Assembly (NCBI RefSeq): GCF_000143415.4 | Contig: NW_003314426.1 | Span: 124,001 to 188,000, forward strand | DNA length: 64,000 nt | Reading direction: 5' to 3' | DNA from: Selaginella moellendorffii | Lineage: Eukaryota > Plantae > Lycopodiophyta | In this document: positions 16,262 to 29,892 of the stretch, one piece after another | How the letters are laid out: each line of letters begins with the position of its first letter | Numbering within the stretch: position 1 is the stretch's first letter | Position numbers and translations under genes: made by a program | The notes under the pieces: generated by a model | Seen by the model: only the letters and a program-made list of their open reading frames with translations | Told to the model about the DNA's origin: nothing | The model's database searches: none

Positions 16262-19200
16262 TTAATGAATCTCACCTTGAACCCGGGTTATGAATGCTCT
16301 TGCTGCATCTCTTGCATGGTCTGGCAAGGTGATGGTGGCACTCTGCTTCCGCATCCAACCATGCACAACATTATCCACCGATATGCTCATGCTGGGATCC
16401 CTTGGATTCAGCACCCATCTCTTTTCTAGGCAATCGTTCGTATATCCGGAACTTGGCTTGAACCACTCCACAGTTACATTGAAGGAGTTAGTTTCCGCGT
16501 CCTCCTCTGCATCAGTGATGCAGCGCCCCACCCATATCATTTGTTTTTTATTACTGGGTCTGACAAGCACGACCATTCCTTTGCAGACCTATACTGGATT
16601 GAATGCTGAATCCGGCTTCTTGTTCCTCGGCCCACAATAGTGATCCTCAACATCGTTATCTGTCATTGCATTTCCAGAGGACATTGTTCCGCTACTATCT
16701 GGTGCTCTGGGTTCTGGCCAAAAGGACTCTTCCAATTCTTCATATACAACCGGCCCATTTTGGATAGCAGATATAATCTTCTCCCAGTATTCGAGCAAAG
16801 GCTTGCACCTCTGAAAATAGGATTCTCCACCAAACACCAACCCCCTCTTCCAGAAGGCAATATGCTGTCTAATCCCGGCCACTATACTTTCCTGGTCTTT
16901 GAGTCCATCCGGGTGCATCGGCCGTGGGGAACCCTGAGGAATCATAGGTTCTCCAGTTATGGGATCTCTCTTGAAGAGTTCAATGCCGTCCACTGGCAGC
17001 CACACTGTGTCCCATTCTCTCATCTTGTACCTCATCACTGGAGCACCGTCACACATGCTGAAATGAAACTGAAGAGGCTTGGAGTGGCCAATCAGCATTT
17101 CGGATCCATCCCTGATGTAGCCTCTTACAAACCCCTTAAAGTCTGGAACCTCTGTCAGAAGTGCAGCTTCAACAGTGCCTTTGATGCAATTTTGGAATTC
17201 ATCGTAGAGTTGTGGGAGGGTGAGGACATTGGATCGCCGGAGGGACTCTGCCAGGTGACTGAACATGGCATCGACGTCTTCATGAGTGTGCCCAACCATG
17301 AGAAAGCCAAGTGTAACCGTTTCAAATATGCCTTTGGCAACAAGCATCGCCAAGTACGCGAAGACGTACATGTTTTTGTTCTCACTGCCAGCATTGTCTG
17401 TTTGGAGCAGAAGATGGGGTGGAAGGCCACATCGGCCGCAAGAACTTCCTTGAGATTCTGCTTCGTTTGGATGAGGCTGTGCATTCACCGGGCGACCAGC
17501 CTCGTCGGAATGGCATGAGGCCTCACGTGATAACCCTACAATCTGACGGCCAACATATTCACTGGGATGGCATGGGGCCCCACGCGATACTGCAAGCCTT
17601 TGCTCCTCCTCCAGCTGAACCCTGTATGGGGTTCGATCGACAAGGGCCTTATGCAAGGGTTGGCCGTTCAGCTCAGTCTGCGCACTTTGCAGAGACCTTA
17701 AGTGTTTTGCTAGGGACGCAATCATCATGTTTGCACCCCCGCCACCCCATAGAGGTACAAAGAAGTTCCCATAGTTTTGGGCACCATGCCCATGAGCGAT
17801 TATGCCAAACAGAGACACAGACAGCTGCATGGATGTAGAGATTGCCTTGGGGGCAGGATTGAGTCGAGGTAAGCACGTCTTTTTCTGGTCCATTTTGTCG
17901 TGGATGATGCAGAGGTAAGAGTCAGGTCTCTCCATGGAGAGAATCCTGTTATGATAATATGCAGTCCTGCAGCTTCTCTGCTCGATGTTGTGGTCGAGCC
18001 GCCTTCTAACCAACGTCTCTCGCTCTTGAGCGCTGCAAGAATTCTTCGACAAAGCCATTTTGATAGCAGTGCACTCGTCACACTTTGAAAAGCTGGAGTA
18101 CTTTCCTATACTCACATCCCTGAACCTGTTGCTCCACAATCTACTAAATCTAGATTGGCTCAGCTTCCTGTAGCCATTACTCTGGAGTTCCCGATTCACA
18201 TCTTCCAATATGGCCCCCTTGGTATACATGGAAGGGAGAACTCGTTGGGTGTCTCGTGTTCCATCTTCCAAGAGGCGGGTTTTATGTGGTTGCTGCTCGC
18301 TACATGTCTCGACAAACCTCTTGAAGATTGCCTCTCCATATACAACATGACCCCTGGTTTTGTGCGTACCGTCGTTCCCATGGACTGCCTGTTGAACCCT
18401 TTGTTCCTCGAACTCAGTTTTGATTCTGTAGAATGTGGTTCGAGGGACTCCATAAATGATTCTCCATGCCTTCATGCAGACCAAACCCCTTTGGAAGACC
18501 ATGCCCCCCACCTGATGTTCTGAAGCATCAACAGATGACCGTAATGCCTCATACACAAAATTGCGAGCTGCCTTCCAGGACAATGTCTTGTATCTTGCTC
18601 TCTCCTCTTCAATAGCATCCCAATCAGCATGTTGACAGCACCTCCTCTTGCAACAAGCAACTGTCGAGACCATTCGAACCTCCATCGCCATTTTCTGCCT
18701 TTTCAGTTCGTTGCTCAGATCCCTTTGGCTGCGCTTTAGGAAGGTGTACTTTCTTTTCCCATGAAGAGATGTTCTGTCATCAGTTGTAGTGGTGTTTGAT
18801 TGTGAATCCTTCACATTCTCAAACACTAAGTGCCTCAATTTCCACCGCACAATGCTTCCAATAGTCAGACTGTTTTCTTCTGTGTCAACAACCTCTAAAA
18901 TCGCAACTCCAATATCATCCCAGCCCAATTCTTGATTAGCAACCGCATCTCTTGGATCGACAACTGTGGCTAAGCCCTCAGCTACCACCTCCCCCTCGGG
19001 GTTGTTTAGAAACACTTTTGCCTGAATCCATGTAGCACGGTTCTTAAGATCCACGGAGGGAACATGCGTCGCACTTGCGCTGTCCCCAACATCTGCTTTC
19101 TTCTGAAGATTTTTCAAGGCAACAACAACATTTACCCCGACGACCATCTCTCCTTGTTCAATAGCGACCACATTCCCATCGAAGACAGTCTCTACTGATA

Positions 19201-19330
19201 CAGCAGCATTGCCTTCCCCAAGCCTTTCACAGTGTATAACAAAGTTCCGATCCATAGACACAAGGGTCCCTTTTGCAACTCTCTTCCCACCATTCAAAAT
19301 GTAAACCTTTTCCCCAACCCTGAAGGCCAT
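16262..19330 (-). CDS. Sola-type DDD transposase, ~1020 aa, one in-frame TAG at 16589-91
   Basis: FSKCDEC Zn knuckle; HDKMDQKK, LQTDNAGSENKN and FLMVGHTHEDVDAMFS catalytic motifs. ORF 16262-16576 is in the same frame after the single stop. A splice acceptor lies just upstream of the ATG. Confidence 0.85.
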
Positions 19331-19689
19331 TCTGAAAGTGCAGAAAAGAAGTTAAGACCATACAAAAAATGATTGGAGAATGGCCTAAATCATAACATAC
19401 CAAACAACCTCAATAGCATGAGGCCACATGCTATTATTCAAACATGCTATTGACACCCACGTGAAATTTCGCATTCACAAAATTGGCATGAGGCCTCATG
19501 CCATCTTGATATACACACAGCTGCAGGCAAGTAAAAACATACATGACAATACGCTAGCCATGAAATTGCAAGGGCCCAAGATGGCATGTGGCCTCATGCC
19601 ATTTCTAAATGTGGTCCTAAGCCATTCCATGGTGAACATACCAGGAAGCACAAGTGCCGAATATCAAGAGGAAGCGGTAGCCACACCAA

Positions 19690-19890
19690 AGACAGTGCCG
19701 CTCGCAACACCGCAACTACTCGTAGCGCCGCTCGCAACACCGCAACTGCTCGTAGCGCCGCTCGTACAAACTGCCACTCGCATAAACTGCCGCTCACAAT
19801 GGCGCTCGCAATGCCGCAACCGCTCGTAGACGCATAAACCACAGCCCACAACGCCGCTTACACAAGCAGCGCTCACTGCGCTCAGCGGAA
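19690..19890. repeat. CpG-rich tandem repeat (gccgctcgcaacaccgcaact) upstream of the transposase
   Basis: ~30-bp units repeated, then degenerating. Confidence 0.7.
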
Positions 19891-20651
19891 CCAAGAACAC
19901 GGCGCACAAAAATGATAGACCTAGGAATGAGTTCGAGAATTCAAAAATAACACACGCTTGAACGTCACATCAAATCCTCTGACAAACCAGATCTTATGAT
20001 TCCTCTGACAAATTTCAAACTGAGTAGCTTCTAGACTTTGCTGTCGGAGGTTGAACTTTGTCACATCATGTCTTTGCCTCGATCCAGCTGTGCCATGTCA
20101 GTGATTCAAACTTTGCCATGCCATGTCAGCGATCCGCGCCAAGATTATTCGCCGTGTAAAGGAATAATTATGCTGTGTGTGTACGTCCATTTATGGCAAT
20201 ATAAGGCCACACGCCATTCAAAGAATAATGCTCGACATAAGGCCACATGCCACCACAGAATAATGCATTTTTTGGTGCATTTTTGGGTTCAAAATTGCAT
20301 GAGCCCACACGCTATAAAGTTTACCTGTACCAAAAATAGAAACAGCTTTATTTACTTGGGAATTTAAGTGGTTGAGGCATTTTTAAACTTACAAACACAT
20401 GCCCTACTTACATTCCTTTGGTTGCCTAAAATTCAAAAATATTATAAACCTTTCTTTTTGCATTTTCAATGTTTTCAATTATGGTTTTTGATTTTCGTAG
20501 GACCAGCCTAGTAATCTATTTGCATCCCGTCATGTTTATAGCTAGCTTTCGTTTGTCCCCTTCGCTAGCCTGAGATACATCTGCTCGGCATCTGCCTCTT
20601 ACAGCATTTGCCCAGAAAGGGCATCTTTCTTCACGCAGCATTTGCCACATG

Positions 20652-20684
20652 TTTAGGGTTTAGGGTTTAGGGTTTAGGGTTTAG
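20652..20684 (+). repeat. Interstitial plant telomeric repeat (TTTAGGG)4+TTTAG
   Basis: Read directly from the sequence. Confidence 0.95.
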
Positions 20685-20960
20685 CAATTCAGTAGCTTGA
20701 TAAACATGCAAATACAGAACTTGATGCAAAATCCTTTGATATGTCACAATGCCCCTAGGACCATAAACACATTTCAATAGAGAGGGTCCTTTCATTTCAT
20801 AACTCCTTACGTAGATCTTGGTGAAACCAGAGTTAGTGAAGTTAGTTTCTTGTGATCCCGGATCTGATTGTGATGTCCCTTTTCAGTTTCGATGGAAAGG
20901 TCAATGCACACCAAACTGTAAAATCTTGGAGCAAAATAACGGTCAGATCTATGGCAAATG

Positions 20961-23900
20961 TGTAAGCGACTAAATTTTCCATTCTACTTTAGTCACTTAA
21001 CCACACCTCTGACCACTTGGAGGAGTCTCATTCACAACCTCCATGAGTCCAATCTAGGACTTGGGACTTGCTAGCCCCGAGAATGGCATCCATGCCACTC
21101 AACATTTGCACTTGGTCCAAGTGCACCACGTGTCCGATCCCATGACCGACACTCAAAGGTACCACCGACATAGCAGCCCGTTACGCTAAGGCCATGCCCA
21201 ATCACCTTTGCCACACTGGTAGTCCAATACCACTTGCATCACCGTCTTGGCTCTCCAAGACTAGGCAAACCATCCGTGAGTGGTCATCTCAGATCCACTC
21301 CTTAGCATCCTTAGGATGCCCACCGACAACGGGAATAGCCTTCCCCAATATCCCTCTGTCAGTCCCCACTAAGTCCCTTTCTGCCCCTGGCCGTGTTTGC
21401 CAACACTGCCACTGGATCGAGACCCACAGGCCCGACCACTAAGTCCCACGGTCCTCTGGGACTTCCTCACCACACGACTGTGTCCTTGGTCACTACCCCA
21501 GAGGACTGCTCCTCTTCCTTTCCACAGTCTGGGCCTTTGGGACAACATTTCGGAACACCGTGGCCTTACGCGAGCCACCTGGGTACTCTCCTCACCTTCT
21601 GCCCTTGGGTGCTCTAGCTATGGGCTTAGAGCGGGTTCCGTTGAGCCACACCAGGTATCCAAGTAGGTAGTGCCACCCCCACTTGGACTGGGAGCATCGG
21701 CCAGTCGATCTCCCGGGGGAACTAGAGCCGGCTCTTGAACACTTCACCAAGCTACCCTGCTTGTCGGTCTGTGTTCACTCTAGTCTTGGACTTCCCAGTG
21801 GGCAGCTCATCACCCAACACTGGGTCCGGCCTTCCTGGGCCAAACTGGCCTTTCCTGGCCAAACTGGCTCCACTGCAGTCCTCCCCCTACTATACTTTTG
21901 GAGCTCACCAAACCCCCCAGGGTCTGGGAGACGAACGCTTTGGGCTTTCACCCTCTCAGGCTCCGGACTCGGACTCGGACTCGGACTTGGACTCGGATTC
22001 GGACTCGGATTCGGACTCGGACTCGGGCTCGGGCTCGGTCTCGGCCTCGGCCTTGGTCTCGGTCTCGGTCCTGATCTCGGTCTCGGTCTCGGTCTCGGTC
22101 CCGGTCTCGGTCTCGACTTCGGACTCCATCTCGGACTCCATCTCGGGTCCACCTCGGACTCCACTTCGGACTCCATCTCGGACTCCATCTCGGGTCCGTC
22201 TCGGACTCCACTTCGGACTCCAACTCGGGTCCATCTCGGACTCCACTTCGGACTCCAACTCGGGTCCATCTCGGACTCCACTTCGGACTCCAACTCGGGT
22301 CCATCTCGGACTCCACTTCGGACTCCAACTCGAGTCCATCTCGGACACTCCCACGTGTCATGTGTTGGTCCTTTTGGGTCCCTTTTTGGAGCCTCGCCTT
22401 TTGCTCGCTTCGTGCTCGTTCCTCGAGCACTTCGTTGGGAGTTCCACTCCCGCTCTTGACTTTTCAAGTCGGAGCTTTTGGTCCAAACGTGTTACGCTCG
22501 TTTGGCTCTCGCTTCGGCCACTACCATGTGGCACCCTTCCGGCTCCACTTTGGGGCCTAGGGATTTTGTGTCTCACAACTCCACCACCCATAGACGAAGT
22601 TCGATGTCTTCATCGAACGGTGAATCATTTTATAAAGTAACACCCGCATGTGTTACCATTTCCATCCTTGGCGCGTAGCCAATATTTGTCAATGGTGTGA
22701 CATTGAAGGCTCACCATGCCTTCTCCATATTCGTCAATGGTTGGACATTGAAGGCTCACCATGCCTTTTGCATATCCTCTAAGGAGGGTAGTCTTTCCAA
22801 CTTAGAGACTGATTGGACCACATATAGTGGTTCTCTCCTTTTATTGGTTTAGTTCTCGCTAAACCTCTTAGAGACCCTTCTCTAAGTCAATCCCACTACT
22901 CCTTCTCGAGTAGTCTCAATTTCCATCGATATAACCTTTGCACTTTGGAACTTTGAATTTTGACTTCTTGGAGTCAATTTCCTAGGTGTCTCTGACACCT
23001 TGCCTTGCACCTTTTGTGCAACTCCACTTCCCATCCTAGGAAGTTCTCTACTCGAGGGCACCATCATCCTCTCTTCTATTTCGTGCCAAAGTTCCAGTTA
23101 TCATACTTTGTGCTAGGGCTGTTCATGGCCCTATCATTTGGCTACCTTACCGCTCCCTCCCTTGGAACTTCCACTTTCGCCAAATCGGAGCATTTCGGAA
23201 TCCCTCCTTGGAAACACACTTCCTTTTCCGCAACTTGTTAGCGTCCAACACATTAGTGTTCCTCGCCTAACTTTGTCACTTGGATTCCTTCCAAGGGATT
23301 CCACGGCCCTATCTTGGCCACTCATCTTTTGCTCCTATCCGTTGATTGTTGCACCAAGCAACATCGAATCTCTACCTCCCTCCTTGAGGTATTGTTTCGG
23401 TTCCATAGCAAAGACTCTTCTTTGCCAAGTCCGGAGGATGTTCACCCCTAGTACGTCTCTTTAGCATCTTCTGCTATGGGCTCTATCCACGGCCCAACTT
23501 CGTGACCCTCCCATGGGTCTTTTATAGAGACTACTTTCCTCGGACTCACTATGCCATCGCACGGACATAGTTTATTTCCCTTAGGTGCTCTTCCCACTTG
23601 GTCATCACGACCAAGCCACACCACCTTAAACAGTTCAATTTCAACATTTTGAACCAGGAACTTCATTCCTTAGCCAACCAAGGACCTTGTCCTTATCTGG
23701 CCATAAGATCACCTAGTGATCTCACCTTGGCACCTTAACAGAGTTGCCAAGAGGTACTTGGTCTTCTAGACCTCCAAGTTGTTGACTATAACCCCGGGGG
23801 CATCCCCCACACTTGGCGGTGCACCCAAGCCAGCCCTTACGGCCAAGGGTTCATAGCAACTGAGATTAGGAGTCCCCATCTCACTCACCACGACCTTGGT

Positions 23901-26900
23901 GCCACTTGCACCAAAACATTCAAGTTAGATATGCTGAGTTTTCACACTAAGCAATCTAACCGTGCATCACGACTCCGAGGCATCCCTCGCTTGGCGGTGT
24001 GCCCAAACCAGTCTCCCCACTGAGAGTCTATGACCACCGAAATATGAGTGTCCTCATATTCCAAACCATCACCACGCCCTAGTGATTTGGGACTCGAACC
24101 CAAGCACTAGAGGGTCGGGACTCGAACCCAACCTCCGTATATGCATCTACGGACGGCATCACACAAGATGCCTGGCGTGACTCCCCACGCCGGTGCACCC
24201 ACTTATTTTTAAAGCGCGCTACAGATCACAGCTTAGGAACCTAGTTCCTCCACACTGCCAAGTCCTCTCACTTGACATGTCTGTGATCATGCATGGACTC
24301 CTCCATGCTCGGCCCCATGGCCCACCCTTTTTGAAGTTATCACCTTCAACTAGGGTATTTGTTCCCCCGACGTGCCAATCTCGCTTGGCAAGTCCTCCGA
24401 CCACTGTAACATGGTTCCTGCATAAGCGTGAAAGTCCTTGACCATCGACTTTTGTTCAAAGCCCTCTCCTTGAACACTCGGGAACTACTTCCCTAACCTT
24501 GATAGCCTTGCCTCCTGGCAAGCTTCAAGACCACGCTTCTGCTGCGCCACTCTGATTTCACGCGTTCCATGAACCATTTACACTTAACCTTTCTAGGTAC
24601 TAAACTACCTAGAATCGTCTTTGGGAACCTTGAAGGAACTCTGTCCCTCAGCTTGCTAAGGCCTCCCTTTTTGCAAGCCTTCCAAATGCCACATAGTCTA
24701 ACATGGACAATTCCATATTTTAGACTCTCCATGGCATCACGGTTGCTAGCGGCAACACCCTCAAGCCCCCACTTGATTCTCCACTCCCAGCTGGCATAAC
24801 CAACCTTGGTTATGCCCTTTGATTCCTACGGTTCGGTTCTATCCCCTTACTTCTTGCTTTTTGGCTTCACACCTTTCCTTTGGTCATTTTCCTCCAGACC
24901 AGGAGGATAGCTTTGCACTTTCTATCATGCTTTAGCAAGTATTCTTAGGGATGAACCTACCCAATAGCCTAGGGAGTGGTTCCTCAATCCGGGTATGCTC
25001 ACCTTATAATCCCACACACTGGGATTACATTGTTGCTTATGGGCCTTTACATGCCCATCACTAGCCTTGCCAAAACTCCATTTTTGGCTTTGTCCAACTC
25101 GGGTAGACAGTCCTCTCTTGTCTCCGCAACCTTGGACATTTGGATAGCACCTTCTATCCATCATTCACTAGGGACTTAATCCCTTGGGCTTTATCCATTG
25201 CCCTCGCGACATCAAACACCACCTTCTGGTGTTCTAGAGTGTTCGGGTGTCCCAATGATGGCTTTCTTGACAATGAGTATTTCCTTTTATGACATTGACT
25301 TACTATATCGCAACACAAGCAACTTATCCCCCATAAGGGTATATCCAACTTCCCTATGCTATTAAGAAGTCTTGGGTAGCTACCTTCTACCCGTTTAACC
25401 AGTTATTTTGCATCTCTTGCTTAGTTGCCTCATAGTTGTCAAGTCCTACAACTCATTGCTTGGTGCTTTCACACCTCCATCGTTATTTGGGTCACCACAC
25501 TCCAACTGCATGCTCTGCAGCTTAGGCTATGCTATTCCCATTTCCATTGGGATTCCTTTGGCAAGGGGTTCTCATGAACCCACCAACATAGCCTCAAGGT
25601 ATCACACCTTGGCACATTTGGTGTCTCCACACCATCGGCTCCACGAGCTTACCTCTATGACATTTCCCCTTCGTGTCTAAGTCTTTGCCAAGACCAACAC
25701 CGCTCTTTCTCATGCCAACCATCCGTTAGCACTGCACCATAGAGGTCACACACAACTTTATGTCAAAGTTGTTTTCTTCTGGGAACACCTTTCCCATAAC
25801 TTTAGCATGGCACATTTTGCCATCGATGAGATACCCTCTGTTCTCATCCTTGGATCCTATGATCCCCCCCCATCCTTTGTGGGGTACAACACACCTCAGT
25901 CCAAATGCTTCCATCAGTCCTTCTAGGACCATCCGTTGACTCTACTTGAGTCATCCAGCAATTTTGGACTTGGTTAATTCACAGACCCGTAAGGTCCTAC
26001 TTGTGAGGCCCTAGCTCACTGGAATACACTTCTTGCATTCCTGTCCTACTCAAAAGGACTATTTTCACAAGTGTTACTTCGACACTTGATTTTGTTCTCT
26101 GGGGGCAACCTTTGCCCCTTAGGACTACTTGTCCATGTGATGAGAACACCAACTCATCCACTTAATACACCCCCAACTCCTTGGGTTGTTCCAGCATTTA
26201 TTAGAGGTAGCCCCGGCTACCTTTTCAAGGACTGGAGTCCTCTTCCGTATTTGACCTCCCACGGTCATTACTTCTGGTCTCACATTCATGAGCACCAACC
26301 TCAACTATATGAGGAAAATCTTGTGACTCCTTTATTGCTTTGGAGTCTTTATCTTTCCCGTGATCCCAACTGTAGTTGTTTGCCACAACTACATTAGCCA
26401 GTTTGCTAAGTCAAACGCTCATCTGGATCACATCCTCAACTCTTTGTGGAAAACCATATACTGTTCCCAAGATCCCAAAGTCGTTCCATTATTGGCCCTT
26501 TTCTATCCACCACCTCGTCTACAAGTTCACACATGAACTGTAATGGAGAGCCATGTCTTCCCGACTTGCTACTCCTCAAGGATAGGCCCACTCCTCGGGC
26601 CTTCCGATGCCAACACTAGTGGTAATATACTTGAGCACCAATAAAAGTCGGACTAAGGAACAGCTCCGATACCAAATTGTAAACGACTAAATTTTCCATT
26701 CTACTTTAGTCACTTAACCACACCTCTGACCACTTGGAGGAGTCTCATTCACAACCTCCATGAGTCCAATCTAGGACTTGGGACTTGCTAGCCCCGAGAA
26801 TGGCATCCATGCCACTCAACATTTGCACTTGGTCCAAGTGCACCACGTGTCCGATCCCATGACCGACACTCAAAGGTACCACCGACATAGCAGCCCGTTA

Positions 26901-28324
26901 CGCTAAGGCCATGCCCAATCACCTTTGCCACACTGGTAGTCCAATACCACTTGCATCACCGTCTTGGCTCTCCAAGACTAGGCAAACCATCCGTGAGTGG
27001 TCATCTCAGATCCACTCCTTAGCATCCTTAGGATGCCCACCGACAACGGGAATAGCCTTCCCCAATATCCCTCTGTCAGTCCCCACTAAGTCCCTTTCTG
27101 CCCCTGGCCGTGTTTGCCAACACTGCCACTGGATCGAGACCCACAGGCCCGACCACTAAGTCCCACGGTCCTCTGGGACTTCCTCACCACACGACTGTGT
27201 CCTTGGTCACTACCCCAGAGGATTGCTCCTCTTCCTTTCCACAGTCTGGGCCTTTGGGACAACATTTCGGAACACCGTGGCCTTACGCGAGCCACCTGGG
27301 TACTCTCCTCGCCTTCTGCCCTTGGGTGCTCTAGCTATGGGCTTAGAGCGGGTTCCGTTGAGCCACACCAGGTATCCAAGTAGGTAGTGCCACCCCCACT
27401 TGGACTGGGAGCATCGGCCAGTCGATCTCCCAGGGGAACTAGAGCCGGCTCTTGAACACTTCACCAAGCTACCCTGCTTGTCGGTCTGTGTTCACTCTAG
27501 TCTTGGACTTCCCAGTGGGCAGCTCATCACCCAACACTGGGTCCGGCCTTCCTGGGCCAAACTGGCCTTTCCTGGCCAAACTGGCTCCACTGCAGTCCTC
27601 CCCCTACTATACTTTTGGAGCTCACCAAACCCCCCAGGGTCTGGGAGACGAACGCTTTGGGCTTTCACCCTCTCAGGCTCCGGACTCGGACTCGGACTCG
27701 GACTCGGACTCGGACTCGGATTCGGACTTGGATTCGGACTCGGACTCGGGCTCGGGCTCGGTCTCGGCCTCGGCCTCGGTCTCGGTCTCGGTCCTGATCT
27801 CGGTCTCGGTCTCGGTCTCGGTCCCGGTCTCGGTCTCGACTTCGGACTCCATCTCGGACTCCATCTCGGACTCCATCTCGGACTCCATCTCGGGTCCACC
27901 TCGGACTCCACTTCGAACTCCATCTCGGACTCCATCTCGGGTCCGTCTCGGACTCCACTTCGGACTCCAACTCGGGTCCATCTCGGACTCCACTTCGGAC
28001 TCCAACTCGGGTCCATCTCGGACTCCACTTCGGACTCCAACTCGGGTCCATCTCGGACTCCACTTCGGACTCCAACTCGAGTCCATCTCGGACACTCCCA
28101 CGTGTCATGTGTTGGTCCTTTTGGGTCCCTTTTTGGAGCCTCGCCTTTTGCTCGCTTCGTGCTCGTTCCTTGAGCACTTCGTTGGGAGTTCCACTCCCGC
28201 TCTTGACTTTTCAAGTCGGAGCTTTTGGTCCAAACGTGTTACGCTCGTTTGGCTCTCGCTTCGGCCACTACCATGTGGCGCCCTTCCGGCTCCACTTTGG
28301 GGCCTAGGGATTTTGTGTCTCACA
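20961..28324 (-). mobile_element. Non-autonomous LTR retroelement (LARD-like) nested in the DNA transposon
   Basis: LTRs at 20961-22577 and 26678-28324; TSD AAATG; PBS (reverse complement tggtatcggagctg) at ~26661-26674; PPT region matches the host chromovirus; interior has no long ORF. Confidence 0.92.
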
Positions 28325-29259
28325 AAATGCCCCTGAAACATTGTAAGGCTCGTGTGGTCTCATGTGGTGTCCGATCGAGATGCTTCTTTGCAGGGTCATC
28401 AAGAAAGACATTGTATACCATTCTGTAAAATCTAGTTGCGATCTAACGGTTGGATCTCCAGAAAACTCAAAAAAATCTCGCGCGTGTCAGAATATCCTAG
28501 GAATATACTCCTATGTGCCCCTGAAAATGGCATACGGCCCCACGCCATTCAAGAGATAATGCCAGATGACGCCGAGAATTTTTTGGTGCATTTTTTGGGT
28601 TCAAAATTGCATGAGCCCACACGCTATAAAGTTTATCTTTGCCAAATAGAGAAAAGTTTATCTGTGTCATATGAGGTAGTTACAGTCCTTTGTGCTCGGC
28701 ATCTGCCTCTTGCAGCATTTGCACTGAAAGGGAATTTTTCTCCATTCAGCATTTGGCCCTGAAAATGGCATGCGCCCACACGCCATTGAAGGAATAACGC
28801 CACAGGACGCCTGGATTTTTGGGTTTAAAATGTTTAGGGTTTTTTGGGTTTTTTCAAAATATTTTGGGTCCAACGTTTTTTGGGTTTCTTTGGTTCAAAA
28901 TTGCATGAGCCCACACGCTATAATATTGATTTGAGAGAAAAATAGAAACAGATAGAATTTCTTTATTTAGCTGAACATCTGCCATTTTTGGAAATACAAG
29001 ATGCTTTGGAATATCCAATCATGCATGGTATAAATATAGCGAGGGTATTAAATGATATCCCAATCATGATCTTTCTTTTGGATTTCGCGTGCATGCAATC
29101 CGAGGAATGATGACGTTGCGGATTTCTTTTGGATTTTGCGTGCTTGCATGCGCGCGACAATCCAGAAATTAATGGTGGCGCCCAAGTCCGAGGAATGATG
29201 ACGTGGCAGGATTACCAACCGTTGTGACATTTCGCGCGTGTGAGGTTAGGTTTTGCATT

Positions 29260-29440
29260 TTGCTTTGTACTCGCGCTCACACACTCGCGCTCGCGCTCGC
29301 ATCACACTCGCGCTCCCGCTCGCATCGCGCTCCCACTCGCGATCACGCTCACTTCTCTACAGGTTTCTCGTGTGCATCGGCGTCCACTCGCGCTTGCATC
29401 ACACTCGCGCTCGCATCGCGCTCGTGTGCATCGGCGTCCA
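29260..29440. repeat. CpG-rich ctcgcg/ctcgca repeats upstream of the cargo gene
   Basis: Read directly from the sequence; mirrors the CpG-rich block upstream of the transposase. Confidence 0.7.
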
Positions 29441-29892
29441 CTTCAAGACACACCCAGTTTGTAACTTCGCCGCCAACTCCACCGCCCACTCCGCCACCCA
29501 CACGCAGCCCACTTGGCGTCCCGGGAGATTTCAGCGCCACTCTCCAACTGTAAGTGGCAGAGTAGCCTTGCTGCTACGATCCGCTGCACACACAGTGCAC
29601 ATTCGCCAGCGAGTCCGGCCTCGATTGTCACGGCCTCCATTCGGCTTCAAATGGTAAGTCTTTTAGACGAAGTAGAAAATGGCATGAGGCCACATGCCAT
29701 TCAGTAGCAACATTGGCATGCACCGATTGGGCTCTCGAGTGCAGTCCGGTTACAGATGGCGTGTAGCCTCACGCCATCTTAGGATGCAGCCTCAAGACAT
29801 CTGATGCAGTGGTGAATGGCGTGTGGCCTCACGTTATTTCCAGCTGCTAGCTTTTCATCTGTCAGCTCTAATTGTTGTGCATTTCTGAACAG

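Noticed and set aside
21082-21100. atggcatccatgccact as a copy of the transposon palindrome in the nested LTR
   Set aside because: Half-sites abut without the 6-bp spacer; likely coincidental
21683-22640. SD/GL/SP/RD-repeat ORFs (also 27400-28336, 12746-13067, 40209-40518)
   Set aside because: Open frames arise from stop-free hexamer arrays inside LTRs
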